From positions 32,001 through 96,000 of the forward strand of contig JANPLN010000015.1 of assembly GCA_031426555.1 (NCBI GenBank): a DNA stretch of 64,000 nucleotides. Direction: 5' to 3'. This stretch comes from Bdellovibrionales bacterium (GTDB lineage: Bacteria; Bdellovibrionota; Bdellovibrionia; Bdellovibrionales; JAGQZY01). This document shows positions 1 to 8,292 of this stretch, one piece after another. Made by a program: the position numbers and the translations under genes. The notes under the pieces were generated by a model. It was given only the letters and a program-made list of their open reading frames with translations, was not told the DNA's origin and made no database searches. Position 1 is the first letter of the stretch; the number at the start of each line of letters is the position of its first letter.

Positions 1-978
1 GAGCCCGTCTTCGAGACGCAAAGACGTATGACAATAATCAAACAGAGAATCTTTTTCGTCCGGTGATTCTATGCAGCCCAGACCTTCCAGAGTTTGTAAA
101 TAATCTCCAGAGAGCTTGAGTATTGTCTTTTGGTATTGCTCGATGCTTGAAGGATTCCAAAAACGAACACCCCAGGGTGATTTTTGTTTGAGGTAGGAAT
201 GGGCGCTCAAGCCGATCCCCAAATAATCCTCGTCTTGCCAATAAAGAAGATTGTGTTTCGACTCAAAGCCTTTTTTGGCAAAGTTCGAAATTTCGTAGCG
301 AAGAATTCCCTCGTTCAGCAGGCGATCTTCGATCAACTGAAACATTTCCACTTGCCGCTCGTCGGAGGCGCGTTGAAACGACATGGGATGTCCTTCCGGA
401 ACAGTCAAGCAGTAGGCACTGAGATGGGGAGGTGAGTAAGATCGAATAATTTCCAGATCGTCTTCAAGCATGGCCAATGTTTGCTTGGGCAATGCAAAAA
501 GCAGATCAAAACTGTAATTAATTCCGCGCCCCGCTAACAAGTCTAAGGTCTGGCGAGTGTCGGAGCTGCTGTGTTTGCGCCCAGCGTCTCGCAAAAGTTC
601 GTCATTAAACGTTTGTGCACCCACTGAAAAGCGATTTACGCCACCCTCGATAAGGCGAGCTATTTTATTGCGCTCCAGGGTTGCCGGGTTGATCTCCAAA
701 GTAATTTCAGTTTCTTGAGAAATTTCTAAGCCACACTTTGCAATCTCGTCGAGCAAGGATAGAATAAGAGAAGTCTCCAGAAGGCTCGGTGTTCCACCGC
801 CAAAATAAATAGAGCGTAACTTTTTGGAAGGGAACAATCGGGTTTTTGCTAAGAGCTCTTTTTTGAGCAGCAAAACATAATCTTCTGGGGGTAAAATTTG
901 ATCGTGAACATAAGTAGCGAAGTCGCAATAGCTACAGCGCTGCAAGCAATACGGAATGTGAAGATACAACCCAAACAT
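1..978 (-). CDS. hemW: Radical SAM heme chaperone HemW (HemN-like); 3' end runs off the window
   Basis: Not in the ORF track because it has no stop in the window. Manual minus-strand translation from ATG at 978 gives MFGLYLHIPYCLQRCSYCDF (CxxxCxxC) and YFGGGTPS. The same frame at the window edge reads DYCHTSLRLEDGL. The middle was not translated codon by codon. Confidence 0.9.
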   Translation of the reverse strand, partial: MFGLYLHIPYCLQRCSYCDFATYVHDQILPPEDYVLLLKKELLAKTRLFPSKKLRSIYFGGGTPSLLETSLILSLLDEIAKCGLEISQETEITLEINPATLERNKIARLIEGGVNRFSVGAQTFNDELLRDAGRKHSSSDTRQTLDLLAGRGINYSFDLLFALPKQTLAMLEDDLEIIRSYSPPHLSAYCLTVPEGHPMSFQRASDERQVEMFQLIEDRLLNEGILRYEISNFAKKGFESKHNLLYWQDEDYLGIGLSAHSYLKQKSPWGVRFWNPSSIEQYQKTILKLSGDYLQTLEGLGCIESPDEKDSLFDYCHTSLRLEDGL

Positions 979-996
979 AGAACGGGGAATATACCA

Positions 997-3600
997 ATGA
1001 TTCATGAATTTACAACTTCTACAGGTCTTAAAGTCATTGGAGTCGAAAGCCACACATCGCCGGTCGTATCGGTGCAAATTTGGACTCGCAACGGCAGTGC
1101 TGACGAGCGCAAGGGCGACGAGGGCCTCAGCCATTTTATCGAACATCTTGTTTTTAAAGGAACCAAAAGCTTCAAAGCCGGAGAGATTGCAGCTCGAGTT
1201 GAAGCTTGCGGCGGAGAGATCAACGCGTACACATCCTTTGACCAAACGGTCTATTACATCACCATTTCTAAACATTTTTACAAAGAAGCCCTACAAATCA
1301 TTGCAGATATGGTTTCCACACCCACCTTTGATGCTGGCGAAGTGGACCGCGAGCGCGAAGTGGTGATCGAAGAGATCAAGCGCAGCCACGACAGCCTCGG
1401 TCGAAGAGCGAGTCGGAATCTGTTTGAGCAGTTTTATGCAGGCCATCCGTATTCAGTGCCGGTGATTGGCTACGAAAAAAACATTCAAGATGTCCCGGTA
1501 GAGAGACTTCGCTCGTTCTTTGCCGAACGTTATGTGGCTGACAACATGTTTCTTGTGGTGACAGGAGACTTTGATGCGGCGACGTTGCAGTCGGATGTAA
1601 AGCAAATGACCAGCGACGTGAGCAAAAATGCCACGCAAAAGCCCGCGCGAACGGCTCCTGCAAAAATCAGTTCCAAAAAAATCTTTGTCGAAGAATCCAA
1701 ATTTGAAGAGGCGGTATTTTACATTGCGTGGCCAGGTATTCAGATTCAACACAGTGATTTGGCAGCTCTGGAATGTATGGTGCTGATTCTGGGGCAGGGC
1801 GCCAGCTCTCGCCTCTATCGAAAATTGCGGATGCAGCAAAATTTAGTGAATTCCATTGGTGCAGGCCTGTGGGCGCCGTCACAGGCCGACGGCTTTATCT
1901 CCATTTCTGGAAGTCTCAACCCCAAACATTTGGAGCTCGCGTTTTCGGAGATTCAAAGCTGTCTCAACGAGTTTCTTGAAAAAGGCGCTCTGCAAGAAGA
2001 GCTCGACAAAGCGAAGATCAACTTTCTCTCCGAAGAGGCCTACACCATGGAAACCGTGGGTGGCTTGGCCAGAAAGTATGGCGGAAATTTCGAAGCCGTG
2101 GAGGATTTGCAGTTTCACGAAAAATTCCATAAATCATTAGCCAGCGTCACGAAAGAAGATGTGCTCAACGTGGCGAGAAAATACCTCAATCCAAAAGTGA
2201 TGCTCATGACGGCCATGGTGCCTGCGGACAAAGAAAAAGTCGAAAAGCTTTTCACCGCGTGGACGTTTATCTGTCCGCAAACGCCAGTGGCTAACAATGG
2301 AAGCAGCCAAAACCAAAAACGAGCGGCGCCGCGTGCGACCGGGGCTGTTTCGAAAGTGGAATCGCACACCCTTCCCAACGGTCTGCGGTTGTTTTCGCGG
2401 AAGTCTCTCGAATCACCCATCTACAATCTGCGCCTTGCGTTTTTAGGTGGTGCGCAGGTGGTTCCTGAAAATATGGCTGGCCTGGCGGAGCTTGCCGGGC
2501 GCATTTGGAGTTCACAAACAAAAAAACATACGGAGCAAAAGCTTCGTGAACTCACGGATGGTATGGCCAGCAGTTTATATTCCTACTCTGGCAGAAACAC
2601 TCTTGGACTCGTCGTCGACGGCCTTTCGGAGTTTGAATCAACTTTGACATCACTTTTCGAAGACGTTTTAGTGGGTTTTGATATTCAAGCTTCTATTTTA
2701 GAGCGCGAAAAAATATCAATTTTAGAATCGTTGCGTTCACGCAAGGATTCTCCTGCAACCATCGCCGTGCAATGGTTTCAAAAAATGATTTTTCAAGGCC
2801 ACCCCTATGCCATCGATCCTCTCGGGACCGAAGAAACTCTCGCACGGATCACGGCCAAAGACGTGGAACAATATCTCAAACAAATCATCCATCCCTCAGG
2901 GGCGGTGACATCGGTTTCTGGTGATTTTGATTTGCAGGCCTGGAAGCAGGTGCTTGCAAAACTACAAAACAATGATCAAAAAGCAGCGGCAAAAATTCAT
3001 AGCGCTCGCTCCTTGAGCGAAAATATTTACCACTATGAAAAACTCGACAAAGAACAATCGCACATTATCTGCGGCGTACAGGGCCTCACTCTGGATTCTC
3101 CAGATCGTTACACGTTACAGGTTTTAGAAGCGGTGCTTTCCGGTCAGGGCGGACGGTTGTTTATCGAATTGCGCGACAAAGCGTCGCTCGCCTACAGCGT
3201 TTCGCCAATGAAGATGGAAGGTTTGGGGGCGGGCTACTTTGCAACGTACATCGGCTGCTCTCCTGGAAAGGTGGACACAGCCATTGCGATGATGCAGGAC
3301 GAGTTACAAAAAATGGTCAACACCGCCATCTCCGAAGAAGAATTACAACGAGCACAAAATTATCTGATCGGTGGTCACGACATTGGGTTGCAAAAAAATT
3401 CGTCGGTGGCGTCGTCCATCGCGTTCAATGAAATCTATGGGCTCTCCTACGAAGAAATTTACAATTACGAATCCCAAGTGCGCGAAGTCGACAGTCACGA
3501 CGTGCAGATGTTAGCCAAAAAGCTGTTTTCGCAGCCATTTGCGCTCTCGGTTGTGGGCCCTTCCGAGCCAGGGTCTCGACCTAAGAAGAGTTTTACATAA
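997..3600 (+). CDS. M16 (pitrilysin/insulinase) family zinc peptidase, fused two-module form
   Basis: Inverted zinc motif HFIEH, NAYTSFDQT, and a second module with RLFIELRDKASLAY. Start moved to ATG 997 because the 898 start overlaps hemW. Confidence 0.9.
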   Translation: MIHEFTTSTGLKVIGVESHTSPVVSVQIWTRNGSADERKGDEGLSHFIEHLVFKGTKSFKAGEIAARVEACGGEINAYTSFDQTVYYITISKHFYKEALQIIADMVSTPTFDAGEVDREREVVIEEIKRSHDSLGRRASRNLFEQFYAGHPYSVPVIGYEKNIQDVPVERLRSFFAERYVADNMFLVVTGDFDAATLQSDVKQMTSDVSKNATQKPARTAPAKISSKKIFVEESKFEEAVFYIAWPGIQIQHSDLAALECMVLILGQGASSRLYRKLRMQQNLVNSIGAGLWAPSQADGFISISGSLNPKHLELAFSEIQSCLNEFLEKGALQEELDKAKINFLSEEAYTMETVGGLARKYGGNFEAVEDLQFHEKFHKSLASVTKEDVLNVARKYLNPKVMLMTAMVPADKEKVEKLFTAWTFICPQTPVANNGSSQNQKRAAPRATGAVSKVESHTLPNGLRLFSRKSLESPIYNLRLAFLGGAQVVPENMAGLAELAGRIWSSQTKKHTEQKLRELTDGMASSLYSYSGRNTLGLVVDGLSEFESTLTSLFEDVLVGFDIQASILEREKISILESLRSRKDSPATIAVQWFQKMIFQGHPYAIDPLGTEETLARITAKDVEQYLKQIIHPSGAVTSVSGDFDLQAWKQVLAKLQNNDQKAAAKIHSARSLSENIYHYEKLDKEQSHIICGVQGLTLDSPDRYTLQVLEAVLSGQGGRLFIELRDKASLAYSVSPMKMEGLGAGYFATYIGCSPGKVDTAIAMMQDELQKMVNTAISEEELQRAQNYLIGGHDIGLQKNSSVASSIAFNEIYGLSYEEIYNYESQVREVDSHDVQMLAKKLFSQPFALSVVGPSEPGSRPKKSFT

Positions 3601-3683
3601 AATCGTCTTATAGTGAGACAAAATTGCGATTATAGATGCGAAATCTTTTTTTAGAATCACTGGTTTGGTGTTAAAATAAAAGA

Positions 3684-4295
3684 GTGAAGCCCATTATTTG
3701 CATTGGCGAAGACTCAAAAACCTTTTTCAGGCAGTCTCTGAAAGAGGCACTTCTTGATAGAAAAATCGAAACTTACCCGCATGTCGAAGCTTATTTGGTG
3801 GATTTACTAAACCATTATCTTTTTGCGACTAATTTATATAACGAGCAAGAGGCTTCGGGAAAACGCACCCGCGAAACTCTTGCAGAGATGATGTTACGCG
3901 CCTCAAATGCTCCACAAAAACAACGCTACGAACTTTTAAAGAAACTCGGCGACAGCGCACTTTATATGAGTGGTTTTTTTGCCGACTCCTTTCAACGCAA
4001 AGTGGTCGATGTGGACTACTACATCGATATGGGCGCAACAGCCTATTCTTCGCTCTCTCGCGGAATGTACGAAGACACCTATGCGCGCATGTATATGGAG
4101 ATTGCGCAGAAATTTAGTTTGTTCGTGGATGTTTTTATGGTGATGAGTCGAAAAACCATCGGTTCCGACCCCGATAATATTTTGCGTTTGATGGAGTTAC
4201 AGGCCAAAACCGGCTCAACTCTCGCGCAAGACATCTTGGTGGAAAAAGGTATTTACCAAAACGGCCAAAGCCTCAAAAACTGCAAGAACCAATGA
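3684..4295 (+). CDS. Conserved hypothetical protein
   Basis: 203-aa ORF with normal composition. The block LGDSALYMSGFF...VDVDYYIDMG...AY resembles an uncharacterised family recalled from delta-group bacteria. Confidence 0.75.
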   Translation: MKPIICIGEDSKTFFRQSLKEALLDRKIETYPHVEAYLVDLLNHYLFATNLYNEQEASGKRTRETLAEMMLRASNAPQKQRYELLKKLGDSALYMSGFFADSFQRKVVDVDYYIDMGATAYSSLSRGMYEDTYARMYMEIAQKFSLFVDVFMVMSRKTIGSDPDNILRLMELQAKTGSTLAQDILVEKGIYQNGQSLKNCKNQ

Positions 4296-4339
4296 AAAAA
4301 GGTGACAGCAAATAGGCCAGCCGCTAATCTAACGTAACT

Positions 4340-4702
4340 GTGTTTAATCTTGGATTTTCCGAAATTCTTATCGTTGGTGTTTTAGCTCTTTTACTGATTG
4401 GGCCCAAACAACTTCCCGAGGTTGCCAAAGTGTTGGGCCGCATGATTAACGAATTTAAAAAAGCCACAACCGACCTTTCGGGCGGCCTTTTAGAGATGAA
4501 AGAAGAGCTTAAAAAACCCGTGCAAGAGGGCCTTGGCGCCATCGCCGAGATCCAAGACGCTGTTTACGACTCTCAAGAACATATTCGCTCACAGCTTTTA
4601 GAGGATGAACACTCTGTGACTGTGGACCTCGAAGCAGAACTTAAAAAACATCAAGAGCAACTTTTGGTAGACGAACATGACGACAAAAAATCAAGTACGT
4701 GA
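4340..4702 (+). CDS. tatB: Twin-arginine translocase subunit TatB (TatA/B family)
   Basis: MFNLGFSEILIVGVLALLLIGPKQLPEVAK signature; directly precedes tatC. Confidence 0.88.
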   Translation: MFNLGFSEILIVGVLALLLIGPKQLPEVAKVLGRMINEFKKATTDLSGGLLEMKEELKKPVQEGLGAIAEIQDAVYDSQEHIRSQLLEDEHSVTVDLEAELKKHQEQLLVDEHDDKKSST

Positions 4703-5447
4703 ACCTGAGTCCTCAGAAAAAGATGCGTTTACACTCGTAGAGCATTTGTCCGAGCTACGAACTCGTATCGTCTACTCTCTTTATGCCATTGTTCTTTTTA
4801 CCTGTGCAGCATGGTATTTTAGCGAGCAGATCTTCGACTTCGTCCGTGAGCCCATTGCCAAGCTTTTACCTCCCGGCGAGGGACTCTATTTTAATGCGCC
4901 TACCGAAAAATTTATGGCGCACATCAAAGTGTCTGTCATTGCTGGCTTGGTAGCGGCTTGCCCAGTATGGATTTACCATGTTTGGAAATTCATAGAGCCG
5001 GGTTTGTATTTGAAAGAAAAAAAATTCGGTAGATACTTTATTTTTTTCGGCACGTTTCTTTTTTTAATAGGCGTTAGCTTTGCTTACTTTCTGGTTTTGC
5101 CAGCGGGCCTAAAAGTTCTGATGGAGTTTGGCGGAACCACCGACAAAGCGCTGATCACCATCGACTACTATGTGTCCTTTTTCTTAATGACGGTTTTGGT
5201 TTTTGGTGCCGCCTTCGAAATGCCGCTGATCATTGTACTTTTGGGAATGGTGGGGATTGTTTCCAGTCGTGGTTTGGCAAGGATGCGTCGCTACGCAATT
5301 GTTGCCATCGCTGCGGCTTCGGCGGTATTCACGCCGCCCGACGCAATCAGCATGATGCTTTTGGCGGTGCCCATGATTTTACTTTACGAATTGTCTATTC
5401 TCATTTTAAGAATGATCGAACCAAAAGAAAACAAACTCACATGGTAG
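4677..5447 (+). CDS. tatC: Twin-arginine translocase subunit TatC
   Basis: LVEHLSELRTR, FIEPGLY, FEMP and FTPPD motifs; about six hydrophobic segments. Confidence 0.95.
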   Translation: MTTKNQVREPESSEKDAFTLVEHLSELRTRIVYSLYAIVLFTCAAWYFSEQIFDFVREPIAKLLPPGEGLYFNAPTEKFMAHIKVSVIAGLVAACPVWIYHVWKFIEPGLYLKEKKFGRYFIFFGTFLFLIGVSFAYFLVLPAGLKVLMEFGGTTDKALITIDYYVSFFLMTVLVFGAAFEMPLIIVLLGMVGIVSSRGLARMRRYAIVAIAAASAVFTPPDAISMMLLAVPMILLYELSILILRMIEPKENKLTW

Positions 5448-6901
5448 AAACGGTTTCAACTCACATCGATTTCTCAAATGAAGAGATCGATTTTTCCGCC
5501 GCAACTCATACGGCGGTGGTGAGTGACCTTCACCTTTGCGAGTCGGAGCCCTTAAATCACAAGCATCCTCTTTGGAAAAAATTTAAGTCGAAAGAATTTT
5601 TTTTTGATGCGGAGTTTTTTTCCTTTCTTAAGTACATTCACGGCGAAGCTCAAGGCAAATCGGTGGAGCTGATTCTGAATGGTGATATTTTTGATTTTGA
5701 TAGCGTGACCTCATTCCCCAAAGAGCCTGGCTACCACGTCTCCTGGCTCGAGTCGCGCCGGGGATTAGACACCGAAAAAGAAAAATCTATTTATAAAATC
5801 GAAGTGATTCTCAGGGACCACCCTATTTGGGTGGAAGCGCTGACGTGGTTTGTGGGCGAAGGCCATCGTGTCGTGTTTGTTATTGGCAACCATGATTTGG
5901 AACTCAACTGGCTCGAGGTGCAAAAAAAAATTCTCGAACTTTTAAAATTAGACATCGAGCAACGGCGCCACGTGCGTTTTGTGGAATGGTTTTACATCAG
6001 CAACAAAGACACACTGATTGAGCACGGACACCAGCACGATCCTTTCTGCTGCGTGCAAGATCCCATCAATCCGGTGGTGGTCGACTACAATCGACTGCTG
6101 GTGCGCTTGCCCTTTGGCGATCTTGCCTGCCGCTACTTGAGTAACGGAATGGGTTTCTTTAATCCCCACGTGGATGCCAACTATTTGCTTTCGGCCTGGG
6201 GTTTTACCAAGGCCTACTTTAAATATATGCTGCGCGCACAACCGCTGCTTATTTGGACCGGGTTCTGGTCCACAGTGATGATATTTGTTCAAACTTTGCG
6301 CCATCGCTCTCTGCGCGCCCTGCAAAACCCTTTAACCATCGAAGATCGGGTGGATGAAATTGCTAAAAAAGCCAACGCCACCCCGCGCATGGTGCGCGAA
6401 CTTCAACCACTCTTTGCTCAGCCTATTTCGGACAGTCCGTTAAAAATTTTAAAGGAACTATGGCTGGATCGAACGTTTATCTTCTTGTTTGGATTCTTTC
6501 TGTTGATCTATGCATTTTTATTAATAGATAAGATCTATCAGATCTCTTTCTATTGGATGCTAGTGCCCGTAGGCATCCTGTTTCCCCCGTATTTTCTCTA
6601 CAGCCGCAATGTGCAGTCCTATATATCGCTTTATAAGAAGCCCGATGAGGAAGTTTTATCGCTTTCGGGCATGATCACCTCCACCAAAAGAATCATCTAC
6701 GGACACACCCATATCGTGCGCCACGAAATCATTGGAGCCATTGAGCATTTAAATCCCGGCACCTGGTCGCCGGCTTTTTTGGACGTGGAATGTACAAAGT
6801 TTCAGGGGCAGAAGGCCTTTGTGTGGATCACTAACCAAGCCGACGGTTTGCGGAGCGCCAGGCTCATGCAGGTGGACGGCGACAAAATTATTGAGATTTA
6901 G
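5441..6901 (+). CDS. Calcineurin-like metallophosphoesterase with inserted transmembrane hairpin
   Basis: All five MPP motifs: SDLH, GDIFD, GNHD, EHGH, GHTH. Two hydrophobic helices precede the last motif. Confidence 0.85.
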   Translation: MVETVSTHIDFSNEEIDFSAATHTAVVSDLHLCESEPLNHKHPLWKKFKSKEFFFDAEFFSFLKYIHGEAQGKSVELILNGDIFDFDSVTSFPKEPGYHVSWLESRRGLDTEKEKSIYKIEVILRDHPIWVEALTWFVGEGHRVVFVIGNHDLELNWLEVQKKILELLKLDIEQRRHVRFVEWFYISNKDTLIEHGHQHDPFCCVQDPINPVVVDYNRLLVRLPFGDLACRYLSNGMGFFNPHVDANYLLSAWGFTKAYFKYMLRAQPLLIWTGFWSTVMIFVQTLRHRSLRALQNPLTIEDRVDEIAKKANATPRMVRELQPLFAQPISDSPLKILKELWLDRTFIFLFGFFLLIYAFLLIDKIYQISFYWMLVPVGILFPPYFLYSRNVQSYISLYKKPDEEVLSLSGMITSTKRIIYGHTHIVRHEIIGAIEHLNPGTWSPAFLDVECTKFQGQKAFVWITNQADGLRSARLMQVDGDKIIEI

Positions 6902-7020
6902 GCCGCAAGGCGGCGAACCCCAGCGGGCTCCTGGTAACTTTCGATAAGTATCTATAATCACTTGTTAAAATTGTTTTTAAATCTGGCTAAAAACACTCTG
7001 AAGCATCGCTTTTATTTCTT

Positions 7021-7049
7021 TTGAACTCTCTGGGCCCCTAATATAGATT
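7021..7049 (+). promoter_or_regulatory. Putative sigma70 promoter of the histone gene
   Basis: TTGAAC-N17-TAGATT upstream of the AGGAGG SD and ATG 7084. Confidence 0.4.
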
Positions 7050-7083
7050 CTAGGAAGCAATTTAAGCACTTTAGGAGGTCTTC

Positions 7084-7278
7084 ATGGCAGACGTTCTTGT
7101 CGTCACGAGCAAAGTAAAGAAACACATTAAAGATAAATATGGCTTTAACACTTCCGCTGAAACCATCGACATACTCAGTAAAGCCGTAGAAGCATTATGT
7201 GAAAAAGGTTCAGAGTCTGCGAAGGCTGATGGACGCAAAACGGTTATGGCGAGAGATATCGTTATCGATCATCTGTAA
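7084..7278 (+). CDS. Bacterial histone-fold protein (Bd0055/HBb orthologue)
   Basis: 64 aa: MADVLVVTSKVKK...NTSAETID.LSKA.E.LC.KG.ESAKADGRKTVMARDIVIDHL. Carries the histone RKTV..RD signature and closely matches the B. bacteriovorus histone as recalled. Strong SD and its own terminator. Confidence 0.93.
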   Translation: MADVLVVTSKVKKHIKDKYGFNTSAETIDILSKAVEALCEKGSESAKADGRKTVMARDIVIDHL

Positions 7279-7301
7279 TCAGTTCTAAATTTAGACATAC
7301 T

Positions 7302-7336
7302 AATAGGTCTGCCTTGTTAAGCAGGCCTATTTTTTT
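7302..7336 (+). terminator. Intrinsic terminator after the histone gene
   Basis: AATAGGTCTGC...GCAGGCCTATT stem (one G-U pair) followed by a T run. Confidence 0.75.
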
Positions 7337-7390
7337 GCCTTTGAAGTAGGCGGTTTTATTGACAAAACTTTTGCGCTGTGGCACTTCTTT

Positions 7391-7406
7391 ACCTCCTTCA
7401 GGAGGT
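7391..7406 (+). promoter_or_regulatory. SD-sequestering hairpin upstream of rplU
   Basis: ACCTCC-TTCA-GGAGGT; the 3' arm is the Shine-Dalgarno sequence of ATG 7410. Confidence 0.55.
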
Positions 7407-7409
7407 CCT

Positions 7410-7943
7410 ATGTACGCAGTCATCCGCACCGGCGGTAAACAATATAAAGTCAAAGCGGGAGACGTTGTTCGCGTCGAGAAGCTCGAAAAAAATCTTGGTG
7501 ATGAATTTGATATGAACGAAGTTCTGATAGTTTCCGGCGAAACCACCCAGTTCGGTTCGCCACTTGTGAAGGACGCCAAAGTTACTGTGGTCGTTACTCA
7601 GCAAAGTAAAAATCCAAAAATTATTATTTTCAAACGCCGTCGTCGTCAGGGTTACCGACGTCTTACAGGCCACAGACAGCCGTACACAGAGTTGTTTGTA
7701 AAATCCATCGTTGGACCCACTGGTGAAAAAGTTGTGACAGAAATGTCAGCTCCAGTAAAAGATCCAGCAAAAAAAGCGGCTAAAATGGCGGCGGCAAACT
7801 CTGGTGATAAAAAAGCGGTAAAAGCTAAAAAAGCAGCGGCAGCTCCTAAAAAGAAAGCAACGGCTTCTAAAGCGAAAAAAACCACAACTAAAAAGAAAAC
7901 TACGGGCGCGACGAAAAAGAAAGTCGCAAAGAAAACTAAATAA
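7410..7943 (+). CDS. rplU: 50S ribosomal protein bL21 with Lys/Ala-rich C-terminal tail
   Basis: MYAVIRTGGKQYKV...GHRQPYT. Start at ATG 7410 after GGAGG. Confidence 0.97.
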   Translation: MYAVIRTGGKQYKVKAGDVVRVEKLEKNLGDEFDMNEVLIVSGETTQFGSPLVKDAKVTVVVTQQSKNPKIIIFKRRRRQGYRRLTGHRQPYTELFVKSIVGPTGEKVVTEMSAPVKDPAKKAAKMAAANSGDKKAVKAKKAAAAPKKKATASKAKKTTTKKKTTGATKKKVAKKTK

Positions 7944-7962
7944 TCAATAACAGAGGTGAAGT

Positions 7963-8229
7963 ATGGCATCGAAGAAAGCCGCGGGTAGTACAAAGAACGG
8001 CCGCGACAGTCAAAGTAAGAGACTAGGTGTTAAAAGATTTGGTGGCGAAACTGTAACTCCGGGAACTATTATAGTTCGCCAGCGTGGCACAGAATTTTAC
8101 GTAGGGAATAACGTTCGCATTGGACGTGACCATACAATTTATTCTGTAATTTTAGGCCAAGTTAAGTTTGAGCGCATCACAAAACAAAAATTTAAAGTGA
8201 GCGTTTATTCCGAAGCTAAATCGGCGTAA
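7963..8229 (+). CDS. rpmA: 50S ribosomal protein bL27
   Basis: [32 protein letters not shown]. Confidence 0.98.
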   Translation: MASKKAAGSTKNGRDSQSKRLGVKRFGGETVTPGTIIVRQRGTEFYVGNNVRIGRDHTIYSVILGQVKFERITKQKFKVSVYSEAKSA

Positions 8230-8244
8230 TCTGAGTTTGAATGT

Positions 8245-8265
8245 TGCGAGAGGATCTCTCTCGCA
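8245..8265 (+). promoter_or_regulatory. Stem-loop between rpmA and obgE (partial terminator or processing site)
   Basis: TGCGAGAG-N5-CTCTCGCA perfect 8-bp stem; no T tract. Confidence 0.4.
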
Positions 8266-8292
8266 CAATCTTATCGCTCGTAGCGAGTCCCC

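Noticed and set aside
38..928. Short track ORFs 38..241, 184..435 and 707..928
   Set aside because: All overlap the hemW frame, which has clear radical SAM motifs.
7149..7156. CACTTCCG in the histone gene as a third copy of the HNH palindrome
   Set aside because: Only an 8-bp half-site, explained by the conserved NTSA codons.
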